DNA of 64,000 bases from Paraphysomonas bandaiensis (lineage: Eukaryota; Protista; Chrysophyceae): NCBI GenBank assembly GCA_965644295.1, contig CBFFRP010000263.1, positions 434,001-498,000 of the forward strand, read 5' to 3'. The translations under genes and the position numbers were made by a program. Below are positions 1-11,567 of the stretch, piece by piece; position 1 is the stretch's first letter; each line of letters starts with the position of its first letter. The notes under the pieces are model-generated. The model was given only the letters and a program-made list of their open reading frames with translations, had not been told where the DNA came from and ran no database searches.

Positions 1-19
1 TAATCTGCGCGCGAAAGTA

Positions 20-711
20 CAAAGCTGAGAATTATAAATTATAATCAATGTCTCTTATCATTCATCAATATCATGTTGTCTCCACTACCACTCATTTCTC
101 GTACGACGATCTTACATCGTCACTACAACTTGCATCGTCACAATATTCCGTTTTACCGCTATGTGCTTATCGTCATTCATTCTCACAATACGATTAACAA
201 GACTACAACTGTATAATACAGTAATTTAAATACCTTATAACTACAGCTTTCAATTGCTCTCATATAGCAGAACTCAACAGGTCCAACAATGCTACATAAT
301 GTTGCTATATATTGCTATATAGTAACATCGTTAATCACTAGCTAAATACTTGCCTGGACTCTATTTATAGGTCTCTTTTCATTAATATCAAACCCACTGC
401 GCAGACAGGTGCTTCAGACAGCGGTATTGAGGTTGCTTGTTAAATCGTCTCGCTTCAGTTGCCTTTTATCAACAATCAAACCCTGTGCTGTTAAGTTTTG
501 CTGTTTGTAAGTTAAGAATTCATTTAAATTATATCCGTCACTCAAAGAATGCCGTAATGGTTAACTGTAGTGTGAGAACGAATATAACATGATAGTACTA
601 CTATAGTATTGTAAGGGGAATATATTGAAGCTATTACGCAGAATGACTGGTGGTTAGGATAACATGAATTTGGTGAATGATATCGATTATAATTTATAAT
701 TTTCAGCATTG
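20..711. repeat. Degenerate long inverted repeat (foldback-like element)
   Basis: 20-49 is the reverse complement of 682-711 at 27/30 nt. Patchy inverted similarity continues inward (about 50-230 vs about 520-680). Confidence 0.6.
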
Positions 712-1018
712 TATTAATTTACGCTTTTAGTTAGTGCAATATTGACTGATTGATATTATAGGAGATATAGTAAGTTTATGATGTTGTAGCCCTGTGAGTT
801 AGGAACCACGTCATTCACCAACATCAACATTCTGTTCTACAAATCATATCTTTAACAGCTACTATATTTTCAGTTTCTTTGTATACTTGTAATAGCTACT
901 CCTATACTGTAGTCATGTATATTCTGTATTTCATTGCTACATAGAATACAGGATAACTACTAGCGATTGACTTTACCAAACTTCAAGTACGCACGTAGGA
1001 GTTGGTTGTAGTTCAATA
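712..1018 (-). repeat. 3' LTR of copia element (TATT...AATA termini)
   Basis: Direct repeat of 5584-5890; adjacent to the PPT. Confidence 0.95.
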
Positions 1019-1066
1019 CTCCCACTCAATGAACATATCAGAATATACTGTGATGAGCAAGTCTAC

Positions 1067-4000
1067 TTAGTGCGATACCATAGTGTGCACATGCTGATAG
1101 TGCAGCTTCTCGGACAAGGCTTTAGTCATCACGTCTGCTGTCATCTCTGCCGTTGGCACATGATTCAGCCTGACGATACAGCCTCCCACTTGCTCTCGAA
1201 TCCAATGATACTTGATCCGAATATGCTTGGAACGTTTATGATTTACCGGGTTCTGAGCTAGATCAATCGCACTCTTGCTGTCCATATTCAAGATTGTTGG
1301 AGACGCATTCTTACTGAGCTCAAATCCACGAATTCCGAGCTCTGTCATCACCCCTCGTATCCATACAATCTCCTGAATTGCAGCATATGCAGCCATATAT
1401 TCAGCTTCCATAGTCGACGTAGCCACTGTTGGCTGCAGTCTGGACTGCCATGCAATTGGAGCACCCCACAGATATACGATATACCCTGTAGTGGATCTGC
1501 ATGTATCCAGATCTCCGGCCCAATCTGCATCAGAGTACACACATAGAGGGTCTTCATCTGTGAAATTAGGAAATATGATACCTTGATCAACTGTATTTTC
1601 TAAATACAATAAAGTATGCAGAGCAGCTTGACATGCAGCGTACGTGGGTCTTGTGGTGAACCGGGAGAGAAGATTTACTGTATATGCCATGTCTGGTCTA
1701 GTATGCACTGCCAAATACATTAAGGCACCAATAACAGATTGATAGGGAAATGCATCAACGTATTCTCTCTGTTTTCGAGTTTCTTCCTCTTTTGCATCCT
1801 TGGACAACTTTAGGCCAGGTGGTAGAGGTGTGGTTGCCTTGCACCGTCTCTTCTTTTCTGACAACAAGTGATTGAATCTGGCCACAACATCTTTAGCATA
1901 TGCAGACTGATGTAACTTAATCTGGCCATTATGACGCTCAATGGTAAGACCTAAATAATGCTTAAGGTCCCCCATATCTTGCATGGCATATTGAGTCTTA
2001 AAGGCGCTGATGACTTCTTCAATATGACGGCTGTCAGAGCTGAGCACAATGATATCATCTACATACACAAGTATCATATGTAGGTTATCATCAGTACCCT
2101 TGAGTACAAATAAACATGGGTCAAGAACACATTGTTTATACCCCATCGCCTTTATACTGTCCTTCAGCATTGAATGCCAATTTCGAGGCGCTTGTTTTAG
2201 GCCATACAAACTCTTCAGAATCTTCAAACAACAGCCTTGTGGAATATCTATTCCTGCAGGTGGAGACATAAACACGTCTTCGTCCAGATCTGCATACGGA
2301 AATGCCGTTTCTACATCGAGTTGACGGAGTTGCAGATTGTATCGCAGAGCCAGTGCCAGTGCTAGCCTAAATGATACACCTTTAGCTACTGGGGAGAATG
2401 TCTCATTATAGTCGACTCCTTGTTCTTGAGTAAACCCTTTCGCCACAAGTCGAACTTTGAACTTCTTAATTTTTCCAAGATGGTCGCGCTTTACTTTAAA
2501 GACCAATTTAGATTTTATGATTTTTCGGTGTTTCGGCCTTCGGACAATCTTCCAGCATGTCCTTCGTTCAAGCTTGTGCACCTCCTTCCTGGTAGCTTCA
2601 ATCCAGTATGTTCTCTGTGGAGTCTTCTTTGCTTCTGCCAGCGTCTGTGGCTCTTTAATTGTGCTGTTGGAGGAATCAAGAAACAATGAGACATCGCCGA
2701 GGACACCAACGTTAACAATGTGCCGTTTTTTTCGAGGTCGTTTTTCAGTTCTGGGATTTCGATCTGCCCCACCTGTTGAAGATGCGCCCCGATTTGAGCG
2801 GTCAGGAGTCCTCTGTTCATTGTCACTGTCATTACAAGTCTGATCCAACTCATTTCGCAAACTATTAAACTTGTCGGTCTGACACTTTGTAGAGTGAGTC
2901 ATCTTTACTACATCTTTGATATGAATTGGAGTTTGCTCCTCGGTAGTATTTCCTTTCATATCTAATCTCCTATATGCAACAATGACTCCTCTTCTCTCTA
3001 TCACTCTGGTGGTAACATAACACAGGTGTCCATCAAGATGTCTGAGGCCCACCAGGTACTGATAGTCATTTACACTCTCTGCTGTTTCTGAGGTGTCGAT
3101 TTGTAGATTATCTATTTCGTCGAAATACTCCTGTGAACGCTCTGGAATTGACTCATCAAACTGTGCATTGACTGCAACAATAATAGCATTCAGGTCTGGA
3201 ATATATATTTGGTGTCCAACAGGTTGTTGACATTGTCCCATATAGTATCCAGGTTTTCCCTTTTCTTTCCACTCTTTGCGGCGCTGCTCCTTCGGCACAA
3301 TAGCCCATGCCTTGCAGCCCCAGATCTTCAAGTCACTCACATCTGGTGCGGTTCCAGTAATATACTCAAAAGGTGAGATGTATCCTTTCGTTGTCTTCGT
3401 AGGTAACCTGTTGATCAGATATACAGCATGCAAGACTGCTTTGAACCAAAATACTGATGGCATGCCACTATCGAGCAATATAGCAAGGGCCATCTCCTTC
3501 ACTGTACGATTAGTGCGTTCCGATAGCGAATTCATTTCGGGTGTGTCACGTGGAGTCCAAGTAACCTGTACAGTCCTTGTGCTGGTGGTTTCACGTAAGT
3601 ACTGCCTGACATGTTGCCCTACTAGTTCTCCTGCGCCATCTGCATGATATCGTCGTAGTTGCAATCCTTCTTTGACAAGTTGGGTCTCTACCATGTCCTT
3701 CATACACTTTAACACTTCACTCCCAGTCTTGTTTTTCAACCCATAAGCCCATACATGTTTTGCATCACTGTGCTTGAATAGTAACACATGTTTGTAGCCT
3801 TCCATCGATGGCGTGTTTAGGACTTCCATCGTATCTGCACTGAGCACCCCTCTCTCCTTTGGGTTGTTGTCTAAGTTCATCAACTGGCGTGGAGTCCTGA
3901 AGTTCTTTCTCGTGAGTTTCGATCGCATGCAGGTATTACATTTGCATATCGTTTTTTTGTGTTTTTTTCTGAAATATTTCTTGTCCAGATTTATTCCATC

Positions 4001-5584
4001 AACTAGGCCTCGGCGGTCGGACTCAGTCAGTTTATCATAGTTGACATGGCCAAGTCTTTTGTGCCATAGAATTCGCTGGTCATCAAACCCCTGCTCCTCA
4101 AGTGCTGCTGAGGATTCTTCTCCAAGCTGAAGTAAGTCTTCGAGTCGAACTGGATATAATCCATTAACACTTCTCTGTCTAATGAGTGTCTTGTTCGTAG
4201 TCTTATTTCGAATGACGACTTCATCATTATCGAACGTCACAACACAACCCCTATCTGTGATGCTCTTCATATCTACGAGGTTCTTACTTGCTTCAGGTGC
4301 GTAGTACACCTTTTTAAAGCTTCCTACATCGCCAACACTGTGTATTGACAGTTTACCTTTGTTCGCTGTGGACATCTGCCTATCAGCGCGCTGAAGGTTG
4401 GTCATGTGGTTTTTGGAGGTAAGGATCATCTTGTTGCACCCGCTGTCTAAATAAATAACATCTGACATGCTCTGTGCTAGATTCACCTCTTCTTCCACAC
4501 ATATCATCGATTCGTATCCCGCTTCATCTTCTGAATCATGTACAGACACTCGCGGTTTCTTCTTGTTCTTGTAGGGTGCCGTTTCCCTTCTAGAGTCTCG
4601 CCCCCGTTTAGAACTGACCACTGCAGCTTTAGCAGTCTTCAAGTGGAAGCAGTCTTTAGTCTGATGGCCTGGGATGTCACATATCTCACACACAGGTAGC
4701 TTTGTTTTGTTATCACCCCTGTTTCTGTGATCTCTATCTTTTCTCTGTGATCTTGTCCCCTTCATCCTCTTTATGACATGCTCTGGAGTCTTGCACTCCC
4801 TAGCAAAGTGGCCAAGTTTCTTGCACTTATTGCATCTGCCCTTTCTCTTGTGCTCTTTCCATTTACTGTCATCCACTGCTTGATTGACACTGTCTTCCCC
4901 TGAATTTTGCAACGCATGCTTGCCGAATGATGTGTTTTCATACCCTTTGATTAGGCTGCTTGCTCTTGCGTATGTCACATCGTTTGCTGTATACAGGCTG
5001 TGTGCTAGTTGGGAATATCTCTTGTCTGTGAGACCTTCCTTTAGTCGAGTGAGCTTGTCGTCTTCCGTGACTTCACGACCTAGATTCTCGAGAATCTTGG
5101 CCTGGGCTTCAACGCTGTCGACGAACTCTGCTCCTGACTGACTTGAGGTAATCTTCATTGAATTGAACTTTGTGACCTCTGCCTGTACTGTATTCTTTTC
5201 AACATTGAGAAATCTCTCTTCCAGTGCCTGTAGTAACCCTTTTGCTGTACTTCCTTCGTAGAGAGCCGCTGTTGTGCCTGCTTTTGGGTGAGCATTGCAC
5301 ACTTCCATCAGGAAGGAGTACGCGGTCTCGTTCCGGGTGTTCCAGAGTTTCTTCGCTTTGCGTAGTCGCTTCTTCTGTGCATCAGTCATATGAGCTCCCG
5401 CTGGGACTGTAGAGTCTAGATCATGAATGTGCCTTGGTTTATCCTTTGAGAGGACAAGATGAGCTCGATTGTGTCTCATGAGGAATGAGGTGAAGAACTT
5501 CTTGAATTTCTTGAAGTTCAGTTCCTCGAAGGGAGGTACCTTTGAGCCTGAGGCGACATTCGTGAAATTTCCATCCGCTGCCAT
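1067..5584 (-). CDS. Copia gag-pol polyprotein (1505 aa)
   Basis: Two CCHC knuckles (CNKCKKLGHFAREC, CEICDIPGHQTKDC), protease YLDSGC, integrase (WHKRLGH..CNTC plus core), RT YVDD, RNase H DADWAG. The PR-IN-RT-RH order is diagnostic of copia. Confidence 0.97.
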   Translation of the reverse strand: MAADGNFTNVASGSKVPPFEELNFKKFKKFFTSFLMRHNRAHLVLSKDKPRHIHDLDSTVPAGAHMTDAQKKRLRKAKKLWNTRNETAYSFLMEVCNAHPKAGTTAALYEGSTAKGLLQALEERFLNVEKNTVQAEVTKFNSMKITSSQSGAEFVDSVEAQAKILENLGREVTEDDKLTRLKEGLTDKRYSQLAHSLYTANDVTYARASSLIKGYENTSFGKHALQNSGEDSVNQAVDDSKWKEHKRKGRCNKCKKLGHFARECKTPEHVIKRMKGTRSQRKDRDHRNRGDNKTKLPVCEICDIPGHQTKDCFHLKTAKAAVVSSKRGRDSRRETAPYKNKKKPRVSVHDSEDEAGYESMICVEEEVNLAQSMSDVIYLDSGCNKMILTSKNHMTNLQRADRQMSTANKGKLSIHSVGDVGSFKKVYYAPEASKNLVDMKSITDRGCVVTFDNDEVVIRNKTTNKTLIRQRSVNGLYPVRLEDLLQLGEESSAALEEQGFDDQRILWHKRLGHVNYDKLTESDRRGLVDGINLDKKYFRKKHKKTICKCNTCMRSKLTRKNFRTPRQLMNLDNNPKERGVLSADTMEVLNTPSMEGYKHVLLFKHSDAKHVWAYGLKNKTGSEVLKCMKDMVETQLVKEGLQLRRYHADGAGELVGQHVRQYLRETTSTRTVQVTWTPRDTPEMNSLSERTNRTVKEMALAILLDSGMPSVFWFKAVLHAVYLINRLPTKTTKGYISPFEYITGTAPDVSDLKIWGCKAWAIVPKEQRRKEWKEKGKPGYYMGQCQQPVGHQIYIPDLNAIIVAVNAQFDESIPERSQEYFDEIDNLQIDTSETAESVNDYQYLVGLRHLDGHLCYVTTRVIERRGVIVAYRRLDMKGNTTEEQTPIHIKDVVKMTHSTKCQTDKFNSLRNELDQTCNDSDNEQRTPDRSNRGASSTGGADRNPRTEKRPRKKRHIVNVGVLGDVSLFLDSSNSTIKEPQTLAEAKKTPQRTYWIEATRKEVHKLERRTCWKIVRRPKHRKIIKSKLVFKVKRDHLGKIKKFKVRLVAKGFTQEQGVDYNETFSPVAKGVSFRLALALALRYNLQLRQLDVETAFPYADLDEDVFMSPPAGIDIPQGCCLKILKSLYGLKQAPRNWHSMLKDSIKAMGYKQCVLDPCLFVLKGTDDNLHMILVYVDDIIVLSSDSRHIEEVISAFKTQYAMQDMGDLKHYLGLTIERHNGQIKLHQSAYAKDVVARFNHLLSEKKRRCKATTPLPPGLKLSKDAKEEETRKQREYVDAFPYQSVIGALMYLAVHTRPDMAYTVNLLSRFTTRPTYAACQAALHTLLYLENTVDQGIIFPNFTDEDPLCVYSDADWAGDLDTCRSTTGYIVYLWGAPIAWQSRLQPTVATSTMEAEYMAAYAAIQEIVWIRGVMTELGIRGFELSKNASPTILNMDSKSAIDLAQNPVNHKRSKHIRIKYHWIREQVGGCIVRLNHVPTAEMTADVMTKALSEKLHYQHVHTMVSH

Positions 5585-5890
5585 ATTAATTTACGCTTTT
5601 AGTTAGTGCAATATTGACTGATTGATATTATAGGAGATATAGTAAGTTTATGATGTTGTAGCCCTGTGAGTTAGGAACCACGTCATTCACCAACATCAAC
5701 ATTCTGTTCTACAAATCATATCTTTAACAGCTACTATATTTTCAGTTTCTTTGTATACTTGTAATAGCTACTCCTATACTGTAGTCATGTATATTCTGTA
5801 TTTCATTGCTACATAGAATACAGGATAACTACTAGCGATTGACTTTACCAAACTTCAAGTACGCACGTAGGAGTTGGTTGTAGTTCAATA
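5584..5890 (-). repeat. 5' LTR of copia element
   Basis: Direct repeat of 712-1018; its last base is the A of the gag ATG. Confidence 0.95.
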
Positions 5891-5990
5891 CATTGAGTGT
5901 AAGTTTACCTTCAGCTGTTGAGAGTTTATTCTACTGGTATTTTATTCTGTGATGAGATTCCGAACTAGTACCTTACTGTTTTTATCATCT

Positions 5991-6289
5991 AGTGAATGTC
6001 TGTTTATTAGCAATAGGCGTTTCTTCTGTAGCGTTAAATAGTAGGATAATAGAATTTGCGCTGATTAGTAATGGGTAGAGGTCTAACTAGTAGACTAGTA
6101 TTCAACTAGCCGCTATATCGGAACGGGTTTTTAACGCCTATTGCTAAATAAAAAGACATTCAATATATAGCAATAGGCGTTCAAGAGTCAGAACCAGTTT
6201 AGTAGATAGATGGACAAACTAGTCAAATAGCTAGATAACTTTTTACTGTCTAGAGTGCCTAACTCCGATTCTCTACTATTTAACGCTAC
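5991..6289. mobile_element. Cluster of three copies, in alternating orientation, of a short dispersed element (GTAGCGTTAAATAGTAG...AACGCCTATTGCTAAATAATCAGACATTCAC)
   Basis: Same terminal motifs recur at 13608-13661, 43545-44501, 44940-45050 and about 59790-59870. Confidence 0.6.
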
Positions 6290-6629
6290 GAGAGCTGTGA
6301 TCATTCTCCCTATATTGATAGACGTGTATGTAGTATGTAGAGAACATTCACAAGTGAAAGTAGTGAAAGTCTACGACCACCACTGGAAGGCTTAAGACTA
6401 CACATACATGTTGTGGAGTTTGCATCGGGGGCTGCATTATGTGCTCACGGCAGGCACTAGGGGGAGCAGCAACAAACCTTTCTGAGTTGGCGGTGTGGTG
6501 GCCCTCCCTTAGGCATTGTGCCAAGTGGATCGGAGATATGGGGATGAAGGTCGTTGATCTACTGTGGAGAAGCGTAGAGTCTTTTGCTGACTTGGCTAGT
6601 GGCAGAGAACACATGGAAGAAAGGGGATA

Positions 6630-6770
6630 GTTTCCAGTGGGATACGAGGGTTCCCCGGTATATCCAGCAACAGAAGAAGTGTGATGCTACAAGTGAGGCA
6701 ATCTCTGATTGAGGAGTGTGGGACTGCGCAACAGAACTAGGGCCACCAAGCACCAAGGTCAATTACTATA
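6630..6770 (+). repeat. Dispersed repeat, second copy at about 59645-59785
   Basis: Shared blocks tgggatac..ggtt..ccggtatatccagca..gaggcaat.tctg.ttgaggag.gtgggactgc..caacagaa.taggg..caccaaggtca. Confidence 0.6.
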
Positions 6771-8095
6771 AGTTATTGCCTTCTTCCTTATACTGAGCAA
6801 GTAGAAAATAGTATATGAATCATGAATGTCGTGAAATATAAGAAACAAACCCACATGATTGCAAGCAGTCAGATAGAAGCAACATTAGTCAATCATTTCA
6901 AATATGGAGTTGCATTTGTATAATCCGATGGAACTGTATAATACGTCTCCCAGTTTCATTATAAACATAAAACCTAGTATAGTACATAGAGTTTGTATTG
7001 CTTTTTATATGTGTAATAGCTGATATACGGACATCAATGTAAGTAGGTGAGAGGTGTTTTCAATTAACACACCCCAGTATATTTCGGAGTGAAAACTCCC
7101 AGCATGTGTCGATTCGCTAGTTATTTGATAACGAGCATGATCAATGTATCAAACTAGAATACTTATACCAACTATTTCAAAAGAAAATAAGGCAAACTTA
7201 CTGCTTATTTATATTTCATTCATTCGGAAGAACGGAACAAATTTTTCTAAATAAAGCAACAGTCTCTATAAATACCCGCTCTTGATAATGTCATCACAAT
7301 ACATTATCAACGTCTTTCACACAAAGTACAGACCGGCACCTTAATATGCAAAGCATAACCTATAAACAAGACAACTGTCAGTAAGTTTACTTTCGACTAA
7401 CAAAGAAAGTATACAGCATGATAAATGTGTGCACTCGACGTCTTCCACTGCTATGTAGCGTACTGCTGCTAATTTTCCACGTATTTTACGCTTTCAACTA
7501 ACACACAGCACAGACAGGGAAGATAGCGTGAGAGCAATAGGGTGCTTTACTCCCTCAATCATTATTGCTTTATAATTTATACCATAAGCAATTAAATATG
7601 CTTAGACATAGCTAATAAAGCGTGTGTGGGTGATATGCAGTACGGGGATGAGGTTATGAATTTACCTGAAGGTTTAACCTCCACACTAGCAAAAGTGGAT
7701 AGCACATACTCGTGTATCCTGCGGCATTTCGTACTTGCAAACGACGTCACATCTTTGTGGAAGTAGTAACACAACAGTGTCCTCCAGAGGGACTTCTCTG
7801 TTGCATTATATGACAGAGAAAGATGACTGCAACACCATATCAACGATGATAAGTGATTATTATTGCAATATCAGTTCATATTGATGCAACATTACAACAC
7901 CATACATAACACACGTTGCATAGTGAAATTATGAATTGATGTGATGATTGTTACTGTGTCTTGTGTGTGGTCTCGTCCACACATTCATAACACAATCAAT
8001 CATATCCACACATTTTCAAATCCTCAATATTATAAACCATCATATTTTAAATACATTTATATATTCTAAATAATTCATAGTCTTACAAGTCGATA

Positions 8096-8167
8096 TCCCG
8101 ATTAGTCCAGTGGTTAGGATATAGCCCTCTCAAGGCTGAGACCCGGGTTCAATTCCCGGATCGGGAA
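8096..8167 (+). tRNA. tRNA-Glu(CTC)
   Basis: Acceptor TCCCGAT/ATCGGGA, anticodon arm TAGCC-ctCTCaa-GGCTG, T-loop GGTTCAATTCC, downstream T-run. Confidence 0.95.
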
Positions 8168-8246
8168 ATATTTTTTTCTATTGCTATGATGTATATAGGA
8201 AGGTATTTTTTTTGACATGTAAAAAAAAAGTGTCGACAAAAAGCTT

Positions 8247-8318
8247 CGAACCTGCCAGGACTCGAACCTGGATCACAGCCTCCGGAGGGCTATACCTTAT
8301 CCATTAGGCCACAGGTCC
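8247..8318 (-). tRNA. tRNA-Arg(CCG)
   Basis: Minus strand: acceptor GGACCTG/CAGGTTC, anticodon arm TAGCC-ctCCGga-GGCTG, T-loop GGTTCGAGTCC. Confidence 0.93.
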
Positions 8319-9388
8319 TAAGTATCATAATAGTGATATAAAATATGTGATATATAAAGGTTATTTTAGATTTGTTAATAGTCCTTATGGACTCGTGAAG
8401 TGTCCGTCAAGTGGACATCATCTCATTAAGATAAAGGTGACTGGTGTAGGATTGAGGTGACTGGTGTAGGATAAAGATGACAATCTGTGTTATCAGTGAT
8501 ATATGAAGGATATCTACAAAGTCTTAACGTTGCAGGATATATAAGACACATCAGTGTGTCCACTTATATTAAAATGAGGATGTTGTTGTACGTAACGACC
8601 AGTCGATGTTGTAGGATGCTTCATATCCTCTGATTTTAAAGCTGTTGGAGATAAGAATGTCCTTTAAACTGATTTATTTACATTGTTGATATGCTACTTC
8701 TTGATGGTTTCATTTAGTTCATTCTATTGCATCGAAATTAAACTTCGTGAATTATAAATTCCTTACATATATTCATGCTGCATGGAAACTACGGATTGTC
8801 AAGAATATTGAAATATGAAAGTTTACATCTGTAATGTAGCCACATTCCGAGAGGTGTTAATGAACAGTGCCCCCTTCGAGTATTGTATATAGCATTGTAT
8901 AATATATCGAGAATCCATAATCTAACAGGATATATTTGTAATGTCACATGAAATTGTAATTTCTTCATTGTTTTCTCTCTATGCACGCTACTGACTTTAC
9001 TTAAGGACGTTCATCTGATGACTTCAAGAATTTGCACACAACCACTCTACTTTTTTAGGATGAATAATGTGAAAGTTTTACGTCAATACACCATTCAGAA
9101 TTGAGTATTCCCAGTTGGATATGAGTACATGTTGTGCATTAGTATTAGTAAACTATAGCCATTTCTGTTGCGTGTAATACGCGCTACTTATAGATAAATA
9201 ATTCGTGCTCGTAAGCACGTATGTACTAGTAACAATTCGTATTCGTTTATTAAAATACTACTTACGATTACACACTACATACTAGGACAACATTACATAC
9301 TATTCCGGTATCCAAGCACTGTTCAAATGTTGCTTGTTCCCTCTAGGAAAGAAATGAGAAATATTTTAACAAGTGTGACAGAAGCAGT

Positions 9389-10891
9389 CTAGCCTCCTTC
9401 AGGGGTTATACTAATTGTCTCACCCATCTCAATCTTGACTCCTTTCCTGATCTCACCCCATCCAATCAGTCTCCAGTGTTTATCGACACGTCGACTAAGG
9501 GCTATCTTCTCGGCCTCCTGGGTACACACTGGCTGTGTGAGAACTATTCTTGCAACAGGCTCGCCACTTGGTCCCTCGAGCACCTTAACGACCTTTCCAC
9601 CAGTGGCAGTGGACCCGATATTAACCATGAGCACCTCTCCCTTGGTTAGCTTTTGAACCTTTGCTTGCTTCGTTCCCTCGGAAGTTTTAACACCTAAAAG
9701 TCTGCGAAGGAGATAGAAAGATATCTCAACTTCAGTGAATACGTCAGGTAGGTGGTCACGAAGTCCGAGCACCTGCCCAACGAGGCGATCAGCACGGGTC
9801 AGTGTAGGGTCGATCTTGGTTCCCACACCAATAAGCCCACCGGGAACGGCGTATTGAAGGTCATTCTGCTCCGCATAGAGAGACATGATTCGGCTGTATA
9901 TGGGTGTGCAGGTCATGTTGCCATTGATGTCCTTGTTGACAATCCCTGGACGAACTTCAATTTCATCGCCAACACGAAGAATACCCTGAAGAATAGAGCC
10001 ACCAGCAACACCTCCCTTAAGAGACTGTACGTCCTCCCCGGGTTTATTCACATCAAAAGATCGGATGACAATAAGTCGGGGCAGACCAATGAAATTTCTG
10101 GCAGGCACTGGTATGTAGCGAGCGATATACTCACACACCATATCAATGTTGTAGCGCAACACAGCGGAGATGGGTATCACCGGAGCACTGTCTGCGACTG
10201 TTCCTGCGACAAACTTCTTAATCTGATCGTGCTGAGCCTCTGCTTGCTCCTGCTTGACCAGATCAACCTTATTCTGCAGAATTATAATGTGTGGTAGCTT
10301 CATGATCTCTACAGCAGCCAAATGCTCAGATGTCTGAGGTTGAGGACATGATTCATTTCCAGCAATTAAAAGCAGTGCAGCATCCATGACAGCGGCTCCA
10401 TTAAGCATGGTGGCCATCAATATATCATGACCGGGACAATCTACGAATGAAACATGACGCTGAACAGTCCAGGTCTTGCCCTCCTCGATAAATACATCAG
10501 CAGTCGAGCTACCTTTGGACCTATATAACCCATACTCATCCGAAGGAGCATCGGATCGATATATTTTAGCATTTGCATAACCTAACTTAATAGTGATATT
10601 TCGGATCAATTCATTCTTGAAACGAACAGTCTGCACACCAGATATGGCTTTCACAACAGTGGATTTTCCATGAGCCACATGACCGATAGTACCTATATTA
10701 ATAGTCGCTTGACGAGATATAATTTCAGGTGTCAATGCTGTTAATCTACTAGGATCTAATGTAGCTAAATCTTGGACAGCGAGATGAGGTTTTTTAATGT
10801 TTTGACTCTTGTGGTTGTCATCTATAGTGTCCTCTTTCTCTCCTTGTCCTCTTTCGTTCTTACTATCAATATCTTCATCTATACTACTCAT
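9389..10891 (-). CDS. EIF2S3: Translation initiation factor eIF2 gamma subunit (intronless)
   Basis: [30 protein letters not shown]-terminal [13 protein letters not shown]. Confidence 0.97.
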   Translation of the reverse strand: MSSIDEDIDSKNERGQGEKEDTIDDNHKSQNIKKPHLAVQDLATLDPSRLTALTPEIISRQATINIGTIGHVAHGKSTVVKAISGVQTVRFKNELIRNITIKLGYANAKIYRSDAPSDEYGLYRSKGSSTADVFIEEGKTWTVQRHVSFVDCPGHDILMATMLNGAAVMDAALLLIAGNESCPQPQTSEHLAAVEIMKLPHIIILQNKVDLVKQEQAEAQHDQIKKFVAGTVADSAPVIPISAVLRYNIDMVCEYIARYIPVPARNFIGLPRLIVIRSFDVNKPGEDVQSLKGGVAGGSILQGILRVGDEIEVRPGIVNKDINGNMTCTPIYSRIMSLYAEQNDLQYAVPGGLIGVGTKIDPTLTRADRLVGQVLGLRDHLPDVFTEVEISFYLLRRLLGVKTSEGTKQAKVQKLTKGEVLMVNIGSTATGGKVVKVLEGPSGEPVARIVLTQPVCTQEAEKIALSRRVDKHWRLIGWGEIRKGVKIEMGETISITPEGG

Positions 10892-11329
10892 GTTTTAATC
10901 TATCCAATTATTAGTCTAATTACTATACATTAAATTGATGTCATTATATGGATATATGCATATATGATGCAGTTAAAGTGCTGCAGAACCACAAGCCTAA
11001 ACCAACTGTACGTACATTCCGGCATGTATATTGTACACAGTACTCCAAGCTTATATAGAAATCATCATCAGCAGGTCGAGGAACCACTTCACCAATCACA
11101 AGTACGTATTCTATTATATAATACAGTACTATGACATACTTGTGGGGAAGATACATACATATCTAGATATGTGGGATGATATACTACAACCCACTTGAAG
11201 GGTAGTATAATACGTACGTAGAAATACCAAAAAAATACATATGGAAAGGAACACGAAGGGAAGAAATGTCATAATTATACATACGTCATTTCATTTTTTT
11301 TTTTTGATTTTATAATTCATCCTTTGAAT

Positions 11330-11404
11330 ATACATACATACCATACATATATACATACATACAATACATTCATACATACATACATACATACATACATACA
11401 TACA
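11330..11404. repeat. (CATA)n microsatellite in a divergent intergenic region
   Basis: Seen directly. Confidence 0.9.
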
Positions 11405-11567
11405 CAGTGATCTCAACAGGCAGTCAGTGTAGTGTGATAGACTGCTAATAGAACATGATGATGATGACAATGATGATCATAGAAAACAATTTCATTTCAT
11501 TAGATTTAATTAGAGTATAGAGTATCACAGATTGACTGTGTATAGTCTATTCATATATATATCCATC

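Larger units (their letters stand above)
712..5890 (-). mobile_element. Full-length Ty1/copia LTR retrotransposon
   Basis: Two 307-bp LTRs (712-1018, 5584-5890), identical by eye. 5-bp TSD CATTG at 707-711 and 5891-5895. PPT GAGTGGGAG (1019-1027, minus). PBS-like TGGCAGCGGATGG directly after the 5' LTR. Single intact gag-pol ORF. Confidence 0.97.

Noticed and set aside
1070-5412. Short ORFs overlapping the copia polyprotein (and similar ones over other genes)
   Set aside because: Antisense or alternate-frame shadows without recognisable motifs.
710-5892. Canonical TG...CA ends for the copia element
   Set aside because: The TG and CA belong to the TSD CATTG. The inner LTR ends lack them, and no 5-bp TSD flanks 710/5892.
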